In this document: piece after piece, positions 60,392-64,000 of the stretch | Layout of the letters: every line of letters begins with the position of its first letter | How positions within the stretch are numbered: the stretch's first letter is position 1 | Source of the DNA: an uncultured Clostridia bacterium | Lineage (GTDB): Bacteria; Bacillota; Clostridia; Oscillospirales; CAG-272 | Reading direction: 5' to 3' | Assembly: GCA_904501865.1 (NCBI GenBank) | Contig: CAJGCF010000001.1 | Location: 1,121 to 65,120, forward strand | DNA: 64,000 bases | Program-made: the position numbers and the translations under genes | Notes under the pieces: model-generated | What the model saw: the letters and a program-made list of their open reading frames with translations, nothing else | Database searches by the model: none | What the model was told of the DNA's origin: nothing

Positions 60392-61572
60392 TGAGGATCA
60401 ATACTATATTCACTATTTTCAAAAAAGAGCTCTCCCGATTCTTCAAGGACAGGCGTACTATGGTTGCTATACTTATGCCCGGCATCCTTATCTACGTTAT
60501 ATACTCATTTATGGGCGGTGCTATGGGTGATGCCTTTATGCCCGATGATGATTACATTCCGTCGGTCTGTGTGGAAAATATGCCCGAAAGCCTCAACGCG
60601 CTTTTTACTCAATCAGGGCTTTTCTCGCTGAGTGACGCGGAGAGTGGCAAGATTTCCAAGTATAAGGAATCTATCAAAAACGAGGAGCTTGATCTGCTAA
60701 TAGTATTCCCCGAAAATTTCGACAAAAAGGTAAACGATTACGATATCTCAAGCGGCACAGCAGCTCCCAACATTGAGATGTACTACAACTCTTCCGCGGT
60801 GAACTCTTCCATGGCATATCAGAGTGCGGTCAGTCTGCTTGATTATCACGAATCACAGATGATCAATAGGTTTGACATAAACAACGACATCGACACCGTG
60901 TTCGACCTCGCTACCGAGGAGGATATGACTAGCATGATATTCTCAATGATCATGCCTATGCTCCTTATAATGCTTCTGTTCTCGGGATGTATGGCGGTAG
61001 CCCCTGAGTCTATCGCGGGTGAAAAGGAAAGAGGTACCATTGCTTCCCTGCTCATAACCCCCACAAAGCGAAGCCATATCGCGATAGGCAAGATATTGGC
61101 TCTCTCCGTTATGGCTTTGATAAGCGGAACGTCGAGCACACTCGGAGTTGTTCTCTCCCTGCCAAAACTTATGGGTGGCACGGTCACGCTTGACGGAAGC
61201 GTATATACTCTGCTTGATTACACTATGCTTGGCATAGTAATTCTCTCTACTGTCCTGGTGCTCATATCCGTGATATCCATTATTTCCGCATTTGCAAAGA
61301 CCGTTAAAGAGGCATCGTCTTACGTCACGCCACTTATGATAGCATCTATGCTTATAGGTCTTTCGGGAATGTTCGGCGCTTCGGCAACAAGTCCTGTTTT
61401 TTACGCGATACCACTTTACAACAGTGTTCAGTGCATGATAAGCATTTTCTCATTTGACCTCAACGTAGTCAACATTCTGATTACCGTTGCCGCTAATGTG
61501 GCAGTCACAGGAATAGGTGTGTTTATACTCACAAGAATGTTCAATAGCGAAAAGATAATGTTCAACAAATAA
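60391..61572 (+). CDS. Mirror copy of ABC-2 permease
   Basis: Exact mirror of 26033-27214; identical 393-aa translation. Confidence 0.75.
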   Translation: MRINTIFTIFKKELSRFFKDRRTMVAILMPGILIYVIYSFMGGAMGDAFMPDDDYIPSVCVENMPESLNALFTQSGLFSLSDAESGKISKYKESIKNEELDLLIVFPENFDKKVNDYDISSGTAAPNIEMYYNSSAVNSSMAYQSAVSLLDYHESQMINRFDINNDIDTVFDLATEEDMTSMIFSMIMPMLLIMLLFSGCMAVAPESIAGEKERGTIASLLITPTKRSHIAIGKILALSVMALISGTSSTLGVVLSLPKLMGGTVTLDGSVYTLLDYTMLGIVILSTVLVLISVISIISAFAKTVKEASSYVTPLMIASMLIGLSGMFGASATSPVFYAIPLYNSVQCMISIFSFDLNVVNILITVAANVAVTGIGVFILTRMFNSEKIMFNK

Positions 61573-61794
61573 GACCCTTATGCGTCCCTCGCAATATACG
61601 AGGGACGCATAATTCATTCATGGAATATATATAGTATTTGCACCGAAATACAGACGAAAAGAAATATATGGACAATTAAGGAGAGACATCGGAGAGATAC
61701 CATGGTAGAATATTCCACCATACATAACGCCTCTTACATAAATTATATTACAACCTCCCTGTGTGTCAATATAACAATTATTCATTTTATATAA

Positions 61795-61854
61795 CTATAA
61801 TTGACATCTATATTTTGAGTGTGCCGTACTTTTAGTTTCATTATTTCCTTTCAT
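61795..61854 (-). pseudogene. Mirror copy of IS200-like tnpA stub
   Basis: Exact mirror of 25751-25810. Confidence 0.35.
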
Positions 61855-62174
61855 TTTTACCTCCATAGTTTTGCGGTGTCAAACCGCTTTTATTATACCA
61901 TGGAGTTTTCAGCTTGCATATAGCTCGCCGCTTTTTCATTGCTAAAGCTTTTTTTCTTCCCCCAGTAGAACTGGGGGTTATTTCCACGTCTGAAGGCACC
62001 AAGAAAAATGACAGAGAATACAAATGCATCCTCTGTCATTTCCCGTCGATAGGTAGCGCATCCTTAAAACTGTCCTTAAGAATACGCGCCATATGCAACA
62101 GGTGCTTTTTACTTGGATTTAATTAAGTTTACTTAAATTTTATTAGATTTGTGTTAAGTAAAGTTAATTATTCT

Positions 62175-62765
62175 TTATTTTTTCATTGGCTTAAGGGTTT
62201 TTGGGTCCATAGCCGCGCATATTATCACGGCAAACACTCCCGTAAGCAACGCGTTAGGCAACATATACGACGCGTTGTATACAAGTGAGTATTCCCATAC
62301 GTTCATTCCCTCAGGCGCGTAGCTTCCCCATAAAATCACACCCGACAAAAAGCTACTGACAAATCTTATCAGGCACACTGCCACCGCTCCAACGCAATAT
62401 CCCGCGAGCCTATGCTTGCCGAAGGGTTTGGCAAATATATCTGCCAAGCCTACCACCATAAAGGCTATCATATAGTCAAGCAATACGCACATAGCAAGTG
62501 CCCACCAAGTATTAGCGGGTGGAATGTAAAATCCGAGAAGCATCTGAATCAGGGCATATACGAATCCCGCGCCAAGTCCCCATGCTGCTCCCCTTCTGTA
62601 AGAATAGTACGCTATGGGTAGCATACTCACGGTTATAGTGCCTCCGAAAGGCAAAAGCGCACCGATACCCATAATGGTATTCAGCCACACACAGAGCAGC
62701 TCTAAAACATAAGCCAGAGCAATTATAAGAGCACCCTCTGTGACACAAAGAATTCTTTTCTTCAT
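62175..62765 (-). CDS. thiT: Mirror copy of ThiT
   Basis: Exact mirror of 24840-25430; identical translation. Confidence 0.75.
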   Translation of the reverse strand: MKKRILCVTEGALIIALAYVLELLCVWLNTIMGIGALLPFGGTITVSMLPIAYYSYRRGAAWGLGAGFVYALIQMLLGFYIPPANTWWALAMCVLLDYMIAFMVVGLADIFAKPFGKHRLAGYCVGAVAVCLIRFVSSFLSGVILWGSYAPEGMNVWEYSLVYNASYMLPNALLTGVFAVIICAAMDPKTLKPMKK

Positions 62766-62889
62766 TGTGATTTCCTCCTTAAATAAAAAATTCATCCGCA
62801 CGAAAAATCACGGTCGGATGAATCTCTGAGGATATCACTCTGCACAAAATGGGGCTTGCGCGTAATATCACAACAAATATATCAACAAA

Positions 62890-62985
62890 ATCTTCCTACG
62901 CCGGTATTATCCGTATCAGGTACAAGGGTTTGGATCTCTCCATCTCAGCCTGCCGAGCAGTCGGCAAAGCACCCCTGATTTTTTA
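62890..62985 (-). promoter_or_regulatory. Mirror copy of TPP riboswitch
   Basis: Exact mirror of 24620-24715. Confidence 0.85.
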
Positions 62986-63144
62986 TGCGGTTGTACGTTG
63001 GTATCCCAACGGGATAATTATACCACCATTCTCGGAGCATGTCAATACAAATAGAAAAATTTTTCTTTTTGTCCGCAAAAATAAGTACATGCCGAGCCTT
63101 CATATATTCTCCTTACAGCTAAAAATTCTGTAATGAGGTGATAT

Positions 63145-63834
63145 ATGTTGATTTTTTCATTAATACTCGCTACTCTGGCAAAGCTTTTATCTCCTGTGCT
63201 CGGAATAACGACACAGCAAAATTTCCCTCCAACTCTCTCTGCCGAGGAAGAGAAAAACAATTTTCTTCTGATGAAGAAGGGAGACGAAAACGCACGTCAG
63301 CTTTTAATACTCCACAATCTTCGTCTGGTATCTCACATAGTGCGCAAATACTACGCGTCGAGTAAAAATCAGGAGGACCTCGTATCTATCGGTACGATAG
63401 GTCTCGTCAAGGCAGTTGATACCTACAACATAGAGAACGGCACGAGATTTGCCACCTATGCCTCAAAATGCATTCAAAACGAGATACTTATGAGCTTCAG
63501 ATCCGAGAAAAAGCACTCCTCCGAAATATCAATAAACGAGACTATCGACGTTGACCGCGACGGCAATCCTTTAGCCTACATAGACGTTATAAGCAGCGAC
63601 GAGGATATATCGGGCGAGGTAGAGCGAAAGATAATGAGTGACAAAGCTCTGCGGTGCATTCAGTCCGTGCTTTCGCTCAGAGAACGGCAGATAATAGTTA
63701 TGAGATACGGTCTGTACGGAACACGTGAGCTTACGCAAAGAGAAATAGCCGAAAAGCTCGGCATTTCACGATCATACGTCTCCAGAATTGAAAAGAGCGC
63801 TCTTGAAAAGCTCAAAAGCGCTCTTGACGGATAA
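63145..63834 (+). CDS. sigK: Mirror copy of SigK
   Basis: Exact mirror of 23771-24460; identical 229-aa translation. Confidence 0.75.
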   Translation: MLIFSLILATLAKLLSPVLGITTQQNFPPTLSAEEEKNNFLLMKKGDENARQLLILHNLRLVSHIVRKYYASSKNQEDLVSIGTIGLVKAVDTYNIENGTRFATYASKCIQNEILMSFRSEKKHSSEISINETIDVDRDGNPLAYIDVISSDEDISGEVERKIMSDKALRCIQSVLSLRERQIIVMRYGLYGTRELTQREIAEKLGISRSYVSRIEKSALEKLKSALDG

Positions 63835-63837
63835 TAA

Positions 63838-64000
63838 TTATCCCCTTCTCTTTCCCCTGAAAAGAACGGCAGCGAGATAGCCGAATATCAATGCTGCCGC
63901 AATGCCGCCTGCGGCGGCAGTCAGACCTCCCGTCAGAGCTCCGAGAAGCCCTTGCTTGTCCACAGCCTCCCTTACTCCCTCGGATATGAGGTAGCCGAAA
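63838..64000 (-). CDS. spoVAE: Mirror copy of the spoVAE 3' portion, cut by the window end
   Basis: Reverse complement of 23605-23767, checked base by base by eye. The gene start would lie at about 64207-64219, outside the window. Confidence 0.7.
   Translation of the reverse strand, partial: FGYLISEGVREAVDKQGLLGALTGGLTAAAGGIAAALIFGYLAAVLFRGKRRG

Larger units (their letters stand above)
43803..64000. repeat. Right arm of the inverted duplication; truncated by the window end
   Basis: Reverse complement of 23605-43802. All left-arm features, including promoters and terminators not re-listed here, recur at 87605-x. The arm is still matching at base 64000, so the arm length is a lower bound. Confidence 0.97.

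Noticed and set aside
43827-63834. Right-arm genes as genuine paralogues (second polA, dnaX, recR, trpS, topB, sigK and so on)
   Set aside because: The copies are identical at nucleotide level, including intergenic regions and all shadow frames, and are strictly colinear in mirror order. This is one duplication or fold-back event of a single locus, not gene-family expansion.
1-64000. Scan for CRISPR arrays, tRNA or rRNA genes, integrases, toxin-antitoxin pairs, restriction-modification or other defence modules
   Set aside because: I saw no short direct-repeat arrays, tRNA-like T-arm motifs or recognisable defence or integrase proteins. All sizeable ORFs have housekeeping assignments. The novelty in this window is structural (the palindrome) rather than a new gene system.

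Overview
The window looks like chromosome from an endospore-forming Firmicute, probably Clostridia. Evidence: sigK, spoVAD/spoVAE, addAB, a Trp T-box leader, a TPP riboswitch, and a Bacillus-type long SRP RNA upstream of dnaX-ybaB-recR. Gene content is ordinary housekeeping. I found no CRISPR array, prophage, defence island or intact mobile element.

Positions 1-23604 are unique within the window. They carry glgA(partial)-glgP-GH13-FolC-like, eno, addB-addA, a queG-like gene, htrA plus a two-component system, rlmA-like, a GT2 glycosyltransferase, a lysine-rich small protein, udp and spoVAD-spoVAE.

The dominant signal is structural. Positions 43803-64000 are the exact reverse complement of 23605-43802, under the coordinate rule x <-> 87605-x. 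This is a spacer-less palindrome with arms of at least 20198 bp. The right arm runs into the window edge, so its true extent is unknown. Every gene and RNA element between spoVAE and fakA is therefore present twice, head to head: sigK, TPP riboswitch-thiT, an IS200-like remnant, an ABC-2 transporter, T-box-trpS, an aminotransferase, a flavin reductase, a lipoprotein, polA, a nitroreductase, SRP RNA, dnaX, ybaB, recR, topB, fakB and fakA.

Identity was judged from identical translations of all mirrored ORFs in all frames, plus manual spot checks of several intergenic stretches and of the centre. It was not a base-by-base comparison. My leading interpretation is a fold-back (snap-back) chimera, either an assembly or amplification artefact or a very recent palindromic duplication. 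A hairpin-ended linear replicon is a low-probability but exciting alternative. Raw reads are needed to decide.

Secondary observations:
- a FolC-like pseudoenzyme coupled to the glycogen cluster
- an IS200-like tnpA stub next to an orphan consensus promoter and a 35-codon ORF
- spoVAD/AE without spoVAC
- a 44-bp palindromic terminator that contains two stop codons
- a lysine-rich small protein
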